64,000 nt of DNA from Chiloscyllium plagiosum (Eukaryota). Under the pieces are notes generated by a model, which worked only from the letters and a program-made list of their open reading frames with translations, ran no database searches and was not told the DNA's origin. Below, in pieces: positions 1 to 10,385 of this stretch; the stretch's first letter is position 1; each line of letters starts with the position of its first letter. The position numbers and the translations under genes are program-made. The stretch covers positions 28,932,556 to 28,996,555 of the forward strand of contig NC_057719.1 of the NCBI RefSeq assembly GCF_004010195.1, given 5' to 3'.

Positions 1-186
1 ACTTTGAGACAGGGTGGCACTGAGAATCTTTGCATTAAAGAAATTCTGCCTAACAACAGCCCTTTAATTGGTTGAACTAAATCTGTTACAAAGCTGTATG
101 TGAAAGGACATCTGCCTGTCAGCTTTGTAACATTTCTCTCTCCCTCTCTGTGAGTAAAATAACAGAGAACCAAGAAAACTTTTTTT

Positions 187-489
187 TTAGATTCCCTTCA
201 ATGTGGAAACAGGCCCTTTGGCCCAACCAGTCCACACCGACCCTCTGAAGAGTAACTCACCCAAACCCATTTCCCTTTGACTAATGCACCTAACTCTACG
301 GGCAATTTAGCATGACCAATTCACCTGGCCTGCACATCTTTGTGACTGTGGGAAGAAACCAGAGCACACCCACGCAGACACAGGGAGAATGTGCAAACTC
401 CACAGAGACAGTCACCCAAGGCTGGAATCAAACCTGGGACCCTGGTGCTGTAAGGCAGCAGTGCTAACCACTGAGCCACCATGCTACCC
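187..489 (-). mobile_element. tRNA-derived V-SINE (HE1-like)
   Basis: Minus strand shows an A box TGGCTCAGTGG, a B-box-like GGTTTGATTCC, the V-domain GGAGTTTGCACATTCTCCC and a CR1-type tail GGGCCTGTTTCCACA. Confidence 0.85.
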
Positions 490-569
490 TATGTGAAGGA
501 TGTAAAGAATGTAAAGGAATTCAAATAAAAAAAGACCTATGTCCATTGGATTAATGATCAAAATGAAGA

Positions 570-1220
570 ATGTCCATTGCTTAATGCAAGAGGCCTGACA
601 GGTAAGGCAGATGACCTCAGGGCATAGTTGGGAACAGGGGACTAGGATATCATAGCTATTATAGAAATGTGGCTCAGGGAAGGGCAGGGCTTACATTTTA
701 CTGTTCCAGGGTATAGATGCGACAGGAAGGATAGAAAGGAGGAGTAGTAGCATTTTTGATTAGGAATAACATTACTGCTGTCCTTAGGGAGGATATTCCT
801 CAGAGTACGTCCAGTGAAGTTATTTGGGTGGAAATGAGAAACAAGAAAGGGATGATCACCTCATTGGGATTGTATTGTAGGCCCCCTCAGTAGTCAGCAG
901 GAAATTGAGAGGCAAATTTGTAAAGGGATCTCAGAAAACTGTAAGAATGATAGGAAATTTTTACTTGCCAAACATAGACTGGGACTGCCCCAATATTGAG
1001 TGCTTGGGTGGAGAGGAATTTGTTAAGTGTTATAGTTCTATTCAGAAGGTGGATGTACCTACTAGAGAAGGAGCAAAGCTTGATCTTCTCTTGGGAAATA
1101 AGGCACAGTAAGTGACTAAGGTGATCATAATTCTATTAGTTTTAAAATAGTTATGGAAAAAGATAAAGGTAAATTTCTAAATTGCTGTATTAGGCACAAA
1201 CTTTCAAAAGTTGATTGGGA
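570..1220 (+). mobile_element. CR1 LINE fragment (endonuclease region), decayed
   Basis: NARGLTGKAD, GNFYLPNIDW and PTREGAKLDLLLGN motifs; similar to 43430-44140. Confidence 0.8.
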
Positions 1221-1224
1221 GTGG

Positions 1225-1360
1225 CTTCATCAGGAATGATTAAGTGTTTTTGCCCAAAATGTCAATTTTCCTGCTCCTTGCTGCTGCCTGACCTGCTGTG
1301 CTTTTCCAGTACCACACTTTCAACTCTAATCTCCAGCATCTGCAGTCCTCACTTTTGCCA
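1225..1360 (+). mobile_element. Penelope-derived terminal fragment
   Basis: ctgcctgacctgctgtgcttttccag...ctccagcatctgcagtcctcac, shared with 44560-44665 and with the 3' end of the Penelope element at 47445-48190. Confidence 0.65.
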
Positions 1361-2486
1361 CTTAGAGTGAAGAGTCATTTGAGTTTGCAGAGATCTGATT
1401 ACAGTCAAAGAAGCTTGAACATGAATAAAATTAAAGTAGCTTGAACATAAGAAAAAGATAAAGCTGCTTGAAATAGAAATGGAAGCAGTTTTCGAATCAA
1501 TGAGAATTGAAAGGGAAATTAAAAAGCAGGAGATGGAGATGAAAAATCTTGATTTTTAGAAAGAAGAAAAAGAATGAGCAATTTAGGATAGAGAAAAGGA
1601 GAAAGAATTGGGAAAAGACCAGAGATGGAGTGATGCAGTCAAAAAAGGAACTTCAAAAGGACATAGTGATGAGGAAAATCCTGGTCATAATCTATAGTCC
1701 AGTAAGGAAATTTTTAAATTTATACAGGCCTAACCAAATTTTATGGAAAATAATTTGCAGGACATCCTTTATTATTTGACCAACTAGCAAAACAAATGAA
1801 GTGGCCAAAGGTAAACTGGACATTGCCATGCAAAGCAAATTCACAAGTAGAGCAAGTGAAATTTATACATCACTGTCAGAGCTGGTATCTAAGGATTATG
1901 GTGCTATCAAAAAGGCTATTCTGGGTATGTATGAGCTTTGTTTTGAAACATACAGGCAACAGTTTAGAAATTTGAGTAAGTAACCTGGGCAAACATATAT
2001 GGAATTTGACAGAATAAAGCAAACTATTTTTGACAAATGGATATGGACATTTGGAGTAAGTGCCACATAAGAAACTCAGAAAAAACATTTTCTAGAAATA
2101 TTTAAATGTTTATAACTTTTTAAAATTAGAATCCATGTTGAAGACCAGAGGGTTGCAATTGTTGGACAGGCAGCAGAAATGACTGACAATTATAAGCTGA
2201 TCCATAAAAGCAAACGTTTTTTCAGTCACCCCCACGAATTTGAAAAGGATAGTGGGTGTGTCAGTGAAGGGAGGCAAAGAGCCAGTGTAAAGAAAGGACA
2301 GCTGGGAATGCCCAAAAGGTCCACTCCTTAGATGAGGAAAAGGTGCTGACGGTTGAGGTGAAAATTGAATGCCAAAGTGTTTTCATTGTGATAAGATGGG
2401 AAACCTTCATTCAGAATACTGGAAGTTGTAAGGGAAACCCATGGGATTTATTGGAATTTGTAAGAGTGGAAAATAGTATGGATTAA

Positions 2487-2799
2487 GATTAGATTAGATT
2501 ACTTACAGTGTGGAAACAGGCCCTTCGGCCCAACAAGTCCACACCGACCCGCCGAAGCGCACCCACCCAGACCCATTCCCCTACGTTTACCCCTGCACCT
2601 AACACTACAGGCAATTTAGCGTAGCCAATTCACCTAACCTGCACATTTTTTGGATTGTGGGAGGAAACCGGAGCACCCGGAGGAAACCCACGCAGACATG
2701 GGGAGAATGTGCAAACGCCACACAGTCAGTCGCCTGAGGCTGGAATTGAACCCGGGTCTCTGGCGCTGTGAGGCAGCAGTGCTAACCACTGTGCCACCC
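2487..2799 (-). mobile_element. tRNA-derived V-SINE (HE1-like), relatively young copy
   Basis: GGTGGCACAGTGGTTAGCAC head, GGTTCAATTCC B box, V-domain GGGTTTCCTCCGGGTGCTCCGGTTTCCTCCCACA, (AATCT)n tail; CpGs retained. Confidence 0.9.
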
Positions 2800-2851
2800 G
2801 AAGACACCGCAAACCCTCACACAACCCTGCTAACCACACAAGCGCTTCACA

Positions 2852-2925
2852 TGGTCAGTGTGGGGATTGAACCCACGACCTTGTCGTTATTAGCACCACG
2901 CTCTAACCAGCTAAGCTAACTGACC
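2852..2925 (-). tRNA. tRNA-Ile(AAT) gene or retroposed tRNA copy (possible pseudogene)
   Basis: Minus strand GGTCAGT TA GCTT AGCTGGTTA GAGC G TGGTG CTAATAA CGACA AGGTC GTGGG TTCAATC CCCAC ACTGACC A (74 nt). Perfect acceptor and T stems, anticodon AAT, one G-A mismatch in the anticodon stem, no oligo-T terminator directly downstream. Confidence 0.85.
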
Positions 2926-3945
2926 AACGATTAAATTGTAGCTTTAACTGCAACTATAAAACTAAAGGTAAACACTACTGTAAGTGCAGGGAAGGTGAAT
3001 AAGGTAGATGACAGATATAAAGAGTTTTCATTGCCACCTTTTTCTTCAAGTTCTTCAGCTAAGCTCCTAACTATATTAAGAGACATAAGGTTACTCAAGC
3101 TCTTTTGCTGAAGAATGACATTGTTTTCTCTACAGAGGATGCAATGCAAGTCAAATGTTAGTAAATGGGATAAGTGGAGAGTGTACTTTGTTCTGTTTTA
3201 CAAAGTGCAATTTAAGTGTGACTTCATCTGAAACTGTAGTGGTAGGAATTGTTAAGAAATTACCTGTGAATGGAGTTGACTTACTCTTGGATAATAATTT
3301 GACAGGAATGAAATGTATAGGTTTGCTTATACTTACGGGAAGTTTGAATGAGTTTAAAGAGAGGGAACAGTTCCAAGAACAGGTTCCAAGTATTTTTCCA
3401 TTGTGAGTGGTGACCAGAGCATCAGCTATCAAAGTCTGTCACCAGAGATCAAAATGATAACATAAGCAGATATTAGTTTAGCTGAAACTTGCTTTGAGGA
3501 TGTGGATGATTCAAAAGAATTGTTTAATGTGTCTTTGCTAATTGTGACTCAGAAAGCAAAACTGGAAATAAGCATGTTCTTACAGGAACTCACACCAAAG
3601 CTGAGGTGGAAGGTGTTCCAGAGTGTTATTGCACTAAAAATGAAGTTCTGATGAGGAAGTGGAGACACTGTCAATGACGTGTGGATAAGGAATCAATGTT
3701 TGTTAATCAGATGGTGGTAACATCCAAATATCACAAGGACATATCACAAGCAGCATTTGAAATTCCTATGGCAGGACATGTGAAGATACAAAAAACCTTG
3801 AGCATTTTATCTGGCCAAGACCTTATAAGGATGTAATGCAGCTCTGTAAAACATACCATATAGTGTCAGGTAATGGGAAAACCTCAACATGTAATTAAAC
3901 TGTCGCCAGTTCTTGAAGAACCATTCAGTTGAGCATCAGTGGATT

Positions 3946-5346
3946 ATAGAACATAGAACATAGAAAATAGTACAGGCCCTTCAGCCCACGACGTTGTGCC
4001 GAGGATTAATCCTAACTAAAATAAAATAACCTAACCTACACTCCCCTCAATTCACTGCTGTCCATGTGCATGTCCAGCAGTCGCTAAAGTATGCCTAATG
4101 ACTCTGCTTCCTCCACTACTGCTGGCAACACATTCCATGCATTCACAACTCTCTGCGTAAAGAACCTATCTCTGACATCTCCTCTGTACCTTCCTCCTAA
4201 CACCTTAAAACTATGACCCCTCATGGCAGTCAATCCTGCCCTGAGGAAAACTCTCTGGCTATCGACTCTCTCCATCCCTCTCATTACATTGTATACCTCG
4301 ATCAGGTCACCTCTCTTCCTCCTCTCCAGAGAGAAAGGTTCGAGCTCAGTCAATCTCTCCTTGTAAGATAAGCCCTCCAGTCTAGGCAGCATCCTGGCAA
4401 ACCTTCTTTTTTTACCTCTTCAAAGCCTCTGTATCTTTCCTATAAGAGGGCTCCAGAACGGGACACAATATTCCAAATGTGGTCTCATCAGGATTTTGTA
4501 GAGCTGCAGCAAAACCTCACAGCTCTTAAACTCAATCCCCTATTAATGAAAGCCAAAACACCATATGCTTTCTTAACAACCCTATCCACTTAAGTAGCAA
4601 CTTTGAGGGAGCTATGCACTTGAACACTAAGATCCTGCTGTTCCTCCACACTGCCAAGAATCCTGTCTTTAATCCTATATTCAGCATTCAAGTTCGACCT
4701 TCCAAAATGCATCACTTCGCATTTATCCAGGTTGAACTCCATCTGCCATTTCTCCCAGTTCTTCATACTGTCAATGTCATGCTGTAGCCTGCAGTAGCCC
4801 TCGGTACTATCAACGGCACCTTCAACCTTTGTGTCATCGGCAAATTTACTAACCCACCCCTCAACCTCCTCATCTAAGTCATTTATTAAAACTACAAAGA
4901 GCAGAGGCCCAAGAACAGAGCCGTATGGGATGCCACTCACCACTAACCCCAGGCAGAATACTTTCCATCTACAACCACTCTCTGCTTTCTGTCAGCCAAC
5001 CAGTTCTGAATCCAGACAGCCAAATCTCTCTATGTCCCATAGCTCCTGACTTTATGAATGAGCCTCCAGTGGGGAATCTTATCAAATGCCTTGCTGAAGT
5101 CCATGTACACCACATCCACTGCTTGACCTTCATCAACCTGTCTCATTACCTCCTCAAAGAACTCAATAAGATTTGTGAGGCATGACCTGCCCCTCACAAA
5201 GCCATGCTGATTGCCTTTTATCACGCTGTGCTTTTCCAAATAGTCAGAAATCCTATCGCTCAGAATTCTTTCCAAAACCTTGCCGACCACAGACGTAAGA
5301 CTGACTGGTCTGTAATTGCCAGGGATTTCCCCATTCCCCTTCTTGA
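3946..5346 (-). mobile_element. 5'-truncated CR1 LINE (RT and 3' tail)
   Basis: [41 protein letters not shown] and FFTQRVVNAWN motifs; (TTCTATG)n tail at ~3946-3965. Confidence 0.92.
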
Positions 5347-6131
5347 GTTTTGAAATTTAGGGGATAGACATTGGGAAGATTTAATAACATTATTTAGAAA
5401 ATTCATGGATGTCTGCAGAGAAACAACAGGATGTACTATGTTAGCCAGATATCATGTAGATGTAGGGAATCAGTACTAATATAACACAGTCTTATCAGTT
5501 GAGCCCAGAAAAACAAATCCAGGTGGCAACAGAGAAACACATGTTAGAAAAATCACTTGATTGACTCTAACTAAAGCAGTTGCTGTTTATCAATGATGTT
5601 AGTTCCTACACTGAATGAGTCAACTAGATTCTGCATACATTACAGAAAAGAAAACTCAGGAACAGAAATAGATTCATATCAAATTCCTCAGTTAGAAGAT
5701 TGAATTGATTAGGTTGGCATTGCCAATGGACAATATCATTTATTTCTAAAATTGACTTATTAAATGGGTATTGTTGAGTACCATTAACATCAAAGGCTAA
5801 AGAGATAACAGCTTTGTTTCACTAATTGGGTCATGTCATTTGTCTTAAAAATGCAGTAACATTCCAAAGACTTATGAATCAAGTCATAGCTGAAGTGTCT
5901 ATCTCTGTAGTTTATTTAGATAATGTTGTAAGATACAGTAACGCTTGGGCAGAATATGTAAGAATGAGAAGACCTGTTTAAGCAATTACAATTAGCTGAC
6001 TTAGTAATAAACTTTACCAACAGTGAATTTGCAAAAGCAAAGATAAGATCATAGGGCAAGGGGAAGAGTTGTCAAGAACAGCAAAAGTGAAGGCTCAAAT
6101 AGAATTCCCTGTCCATAAAACTAAATGGGAA

Positions 6132-6480
6132 ATTTATTTATTTATGGGATGAAGGCATCACTGTCTAGGCCAACATTTATTGCCCATTACAGAGGACAGT
6201 TAAGAGTCGACCACATTGCTATGGGGATGGAGTCACATGAAGTCCAGACCAAGTAAGGAAGGCATTTCCTTCCCTAAAGGACATTAGTGAACAAGATGGG
6301 GGTTTTTTCTGACAATCGACAATGAATTCATGATCATCATTAGACTCTTAATTCCAGATTTTTATTGAACTCAAATTCCACCATCTGCCATGGTGGGATT
6401 GCTAACCCGGCTGTCAGAACATTACCTTGTACTCTGGATTAGCAGTCCAGCAATAATACCACTAGCTCATCACCTCTCCT
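6132..6480 (-). mobile_element. tRNA-derived SINE whose 3' tail matches the LINE at 62370-63062
   Basis: Minus-strand tail GGGCAATAAATGTTGGCCTAGACAGTGATGCC..CATCCCAT resembles the LINE tail GGCAATAAATGCTGGCCCAGCCAGCAACGCCCACATCCCA; tRNA-like head at 6380-6480. Confidence 0.7.
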
Positions 6481-7196
6481 AAAATCACAAGATTTTTGCA
6501 AGTATGTAAGTTTATTAGATATTTCTGCCAAACTTCAACAAAATAACTGTAACCATGACAGAATTTTTTGCAAAACAAAGATGGTATGGTCAGCAAAGTG
6601 TCAAGCAGCCTTTGAGAAACTAAAGGCCAACCCAATAAATGAATAAATCAGTGTTGGCCACCCCTGCCTTTGCAAAACATTTTAAAATGGCAATCAATAC
6701 TAGTGCTCTGGGGATAGGAGTAATCTTATTGCAAAGTGATGAACTGGGAACAGAGAAGCCAGTGTAGCGCATTCAAAGGGATTAAACATATATCAGAACA
6801 TGTGGAAAACAGACTTGAGGATTATTATTGGCTTTTCAAAATGTTTAAGTCTGTGTCCATCATGGCGCACTCTTCCCAATTAAGTTGAGGCACATGGAAG
6901 TAATTGTGTTGACACCTAATTTTTAGGTACATCTGCTGCTGTTTTTGGCATGCCTTGCTACATTCTTCATTGAATCTGGGTTGATCCTCTGTCATGTTGA
7001 TACATGTAAAGTGGAAGAAACACCAGGTCATGAGGTTACAGGTTGTGGTTGAATACAATTTCTTTGTTGTTTTTGGCCCACAGTGCCTCCTGGATTTCTA
7101 GTCTTTGCGAGATTTATTGAAATCAATTCCACACAGCACAGTGATGGGGCCAGACAATGTGGTCCTCAAGTGAAGACAGGACTTCATTTTCACAAG

Positions 7197-8820
7197 GGGG
7201 TCCTGGGGAGTGTTACTGAACAAATAGAAATTGGAGTGCAGGTTCATAATTCCTTGAAAGTGGAGTTGCAGGTAGATAGGATAGTGAAGAAGGCATTTGG
7301 TATTCTTGCTGTTATTGGTCAGTACATTGAATACTGGATTTGGGAAGTCATGTTGCAGCTGTACAGGGCATTGGTTAGGCCACTATTGGAATATTGTGTG
7401 CAATTCTGGTCTCCCTGCTATAGGAAGAATGCTGTGAAACTTGAAAGGGTTCAGAAAAGATATACAAATATTGGCCAGGATTGGTGGGTTTGAGCTGTAT
7501 GGAGAGGCTGAATAGACTGGGGCTATTTTCTCTGGAGCATCAAATGCTGAATGGTGACCTTATAGAGGTTTATAAAATCATAGAGTCATAGAGATGTACA
7601 GCATGGAGACAGACCCTTCGGTCCAACCCGTCCATGCCGACCAGATATCCCAACCCAATCTAGTCCCACATGCCAGCACCCAGCCCATATCCCTCCAAAC
7701 CCTTCCTATTCAAATACCCATCCAAATGCCTCTTAAATGTTGCAATTGTACTAGCCTCCACCACATCCTCTGGCAGCTCATTCCATACACATACCACCCT
7801 CTGGGTGAAAAAGTTGCCCCTTAGGACTCTTTTATATCTTTCCCCTCTCACCCTAAACCTATGCCCTCTAGTTCTGGACTCCCCGACCCCAGGGAAAAGA
7901 CTTTGTCTATTTATCCTATCTATGCCCCTCATAATTTTGTAAACCTCTATAAGGTCACCCCTCAGCCTCCGACGCTCCAGGGAAAACAGCCCCAGCCTGT
8001 TCAGCCTCTCCCTGTAGCTCAGATCCTCCAACCCTGGCAACATCCTTGTAAATCGTTTCTGAACCCTTTCAAGTTTCAGAACATCTTTCCGATAGGAAGG
8101 AGACCAGAATTGCACGCAATATTCCAACAGTGGCTAACCAATGTCCTGTACAGCCGCAACATGACCTCCCAACTCCTATACTCAATACACTGACCAATAA
8201 AGGAAAGCATACCAAATATCTTCTTCACTATCCTATCTCCCTGCGACTCCACTTTCAAGGAGCTTTGAACCTGCACTCCAAGGTCTCTTTGTTCAGCAAC
8301 ACTCCCTAGGATCTTACCATTAAGTGTATAAGTCCTGCTAAGATTTGCATTCCCAAAATGCAGTACCTCGCATTTATCTGAATTAAACTCCATCTGCCAC
8401 TTCTCAGCCCATTGGCCCATCTGGTTCAGATCCTGTTGTAATCTGAGGTAACCCTCTTCGCTGTCCATGAGGGACATGGATACGGTAAATAGACAAAGTC
8501 TTTTCCCCGGGGTGAGGAAGTCCAAAACTAGAGGGCATAAGTTTAAGGTGAGAGGGTAAGATTTAAAAGGGACCAAAGGGGCAATTTGCTCATGCAGAGG
8601 GTGATGTATTTATGAAATGATCTGCCAGAGGAAGTGATGGAGGCTGGTACAATTACAATATTTAAAAGACATTTGGATGGTGATATGAATTGGAAGGGTT
8701 TAGAGTGATATGGGCCAAATGCTGGCAAATGGGACTAAATTTATTGAGGATATTTGGTCTGCATGGACAAGTTGGACCAAAGTGTTATTTCCATGCTGTA
8801 TATCCCTCTGACTCTTAGAC
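7197..8820 (+). mobile_element. CR1 LINE 3' portion, split by an opposite-strand CR1
   Basis: LYRALVRPLLEYCVQFWSP up to 7577; resumes at 8467 (ATGAGGG...RTRGH) and runs to the tail near 8815. Confidence 0.88.
7578..8466 (-). mobile_element. 5'-truncated CR1 LINE nested in the CR1 above
   Basis: WAEKWQMEFNSDKCEVLHFG, EYCVQFWSPSYRKD and FFTQRVVCVWNELP motifs; (CTCTATGA)n tail at 7578-7593. Confidence 0.92.
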
Positions 8821-9479
8821 TCTCTGATTGTTCAATACTATTATGACCAGATTCATCTCTGACAGGTAGATTTATGAGGAAAAAGTAAGTAGGTTTTTCC
8901 TTCTTATTGCTTCCCTCACCATCTGCTACAGATCTAGTCAAGCAGTCATGCCCTTTAGGACTTGGCCTGCGTAGTCAATGGTAATGCTAATGAGCCATTC
9001 TTGGTTACGTAGAATAATGTCCCCCATAACTGGTACTTTCTATACGACTCTCACTGCTTCTTAGAAGTGATATTGAATACGAAGGAGAACTGATTAATCA
9101 GCTAAGAGGCAGGTGATAGGGGTAAAGAAATTTCCTTGCCCATACTTGACCAGTGATTTCATGCAATGAATTGTCATAGTCCTATTTACATGTTATCTGT
9201 GAACTTGCAGATCAAATTTCCAATATTCATGTCTAGACCATTGAAGTAGCCATAGTTCCAGAGGACAACAGGACTGCTGTCATATTAGAGAAAGAATATT
9301 TTGGACACCCAGGCCCACTTCCCTCCCACCTGCATTCTGCTATGTCACCATCTCCAGTGGATCTATTCTGTAAGTGGGACAGGGCATATGCAGGGATGGC
9401 GATGTAATGATGTGAATTACTGCAGTCCCGTGTGGTGTGGGTATCCAAATGCTGTTAAGAAAGTTGTATATTCAATTTC

Positions 9480-9830
9480 CACTCCACATCTTAAACCAAA
9501 AGCAAGGTTTACATAACAGAGGAGATGCTGTCTTCTAAATTAAAGATTGAGCCACCTTCCCTCTCAGGTAGATATAAAATTACCTCTAGTTTTATTTTGA
9601 AGAGTTGTGAGTTAAGCACAGTGCCCTTGCTAATTCTCAATCAACATAACAAAACCAGCTTATCTAGTCACTATCATCTTTCTGTTGTAGAAGCTTGCTG
9701 TATGCAAATATGCTATATTTCCTATATTACAACACTTGCTTGGACATGTAAAACATTATACATTTCTAAAAGTACTTTATTTGTTGTAAAAGAAGGTGTG
9801 GTGATTATGAAAAGTGTAAATCAAAGTCTT
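9480..9830 (+). mobile_element. DeuSINE (SacSINE1/AmnSINE-like) remnant
   Basis: Deu-domain-like ctctcaggtagatataaaa...ttatctagtcactatcatctttctgttgtagaagcttgctgtatgcaaat...tttcctatattacaaca...aaaagtactttatttgttgtaaa, recognised from memory of the consensus. Confidence 0.6.
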
Positions 9831-9969
9831 ATGTTGTTAAATTAACTCCAAACTTTTTTTCAAATGTTCTAATACAGCAGTAATTGTTGCAGTGTTTCAT
9901 GAATTGTCACAGTTTCATGTCATGTGTGAATTTACTTATCAAATCTCCTACATTCATGTCTAGACCAGT

Positions 9970-10170
9970 AAAGTAGCCAAAGTCCCAGAGGACCATAGGG
10001 CTACTCTCACATTACACAGAGAGACACGCAATTGGTGATGGTTTAAGCTAAGAATCAGCACACCTCAGGCAAAGGCACAAGGTTGAGAAGGCACCTTCAC
10101 GATAACCTCAGCCAGTGTGGTAACTGAACCTGTGCTGCTGGCATCAACTCTATACCACACACCAGCCACA
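9970..10170 (-). mobile_element. SINE-like repeat with tRNA-like head
   Basis: B-box-like GGTTCAGTTAC near 10120-10130 on the minus strand; the 3' part is duplicated at 9240-9290. Confidence 0.45.
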
Positions 10171-10179
10171 CCACCAAAA

Positions 10180-10385
10180 AACAAGGGACCCAAGCACTGA
10201 ATCCTGCAGAATACCATTGGACACAGGTTTTGAGTCATGAATACAACTTATGATTATCACCCTCTGCCTCTTGACACTCAGGCAATTTTGGATTCAATTT
10301 GCAAAACTGCCTGGAGCCGACAATCTCTTACCATCTTGACCAATTTCCACTGTGACACTGTCAGAAGCCTTACTGAAGTCCATTG
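10180..10385 (-). mobile_element. Old CR1 RT fragment
   Basis: Minus-strand MDFSKA-like and QDSVLGSL-like remnants. Confidence 0.6.

Larger units (their letters stand above)
1370..6870 (+). mobile_element. Decayed Gypsy/Ty3 LTR retrotransposon internal region, Gmr1-like (gag-PR-IN-RT-RH), interrupted by SINE, tRNA and CR1 insertions
   Basis: Gag-like region (DYGAIKKAILGMYEL..ETYRQQFR; CFHC knuckle ~2378), protease-region VVVGIVKKLPVNGVDLLLDNNL (3240-3300), integrase Zn region (EIPMAGH...C..H..CQ ~3760-3870), then RT (RFC.HYRK, KIDLLNGY, VYLDNVV at ~5908) and RNase H-like sequence (6600-6860). Many stops and frameshifts. Confidence 0.75.
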
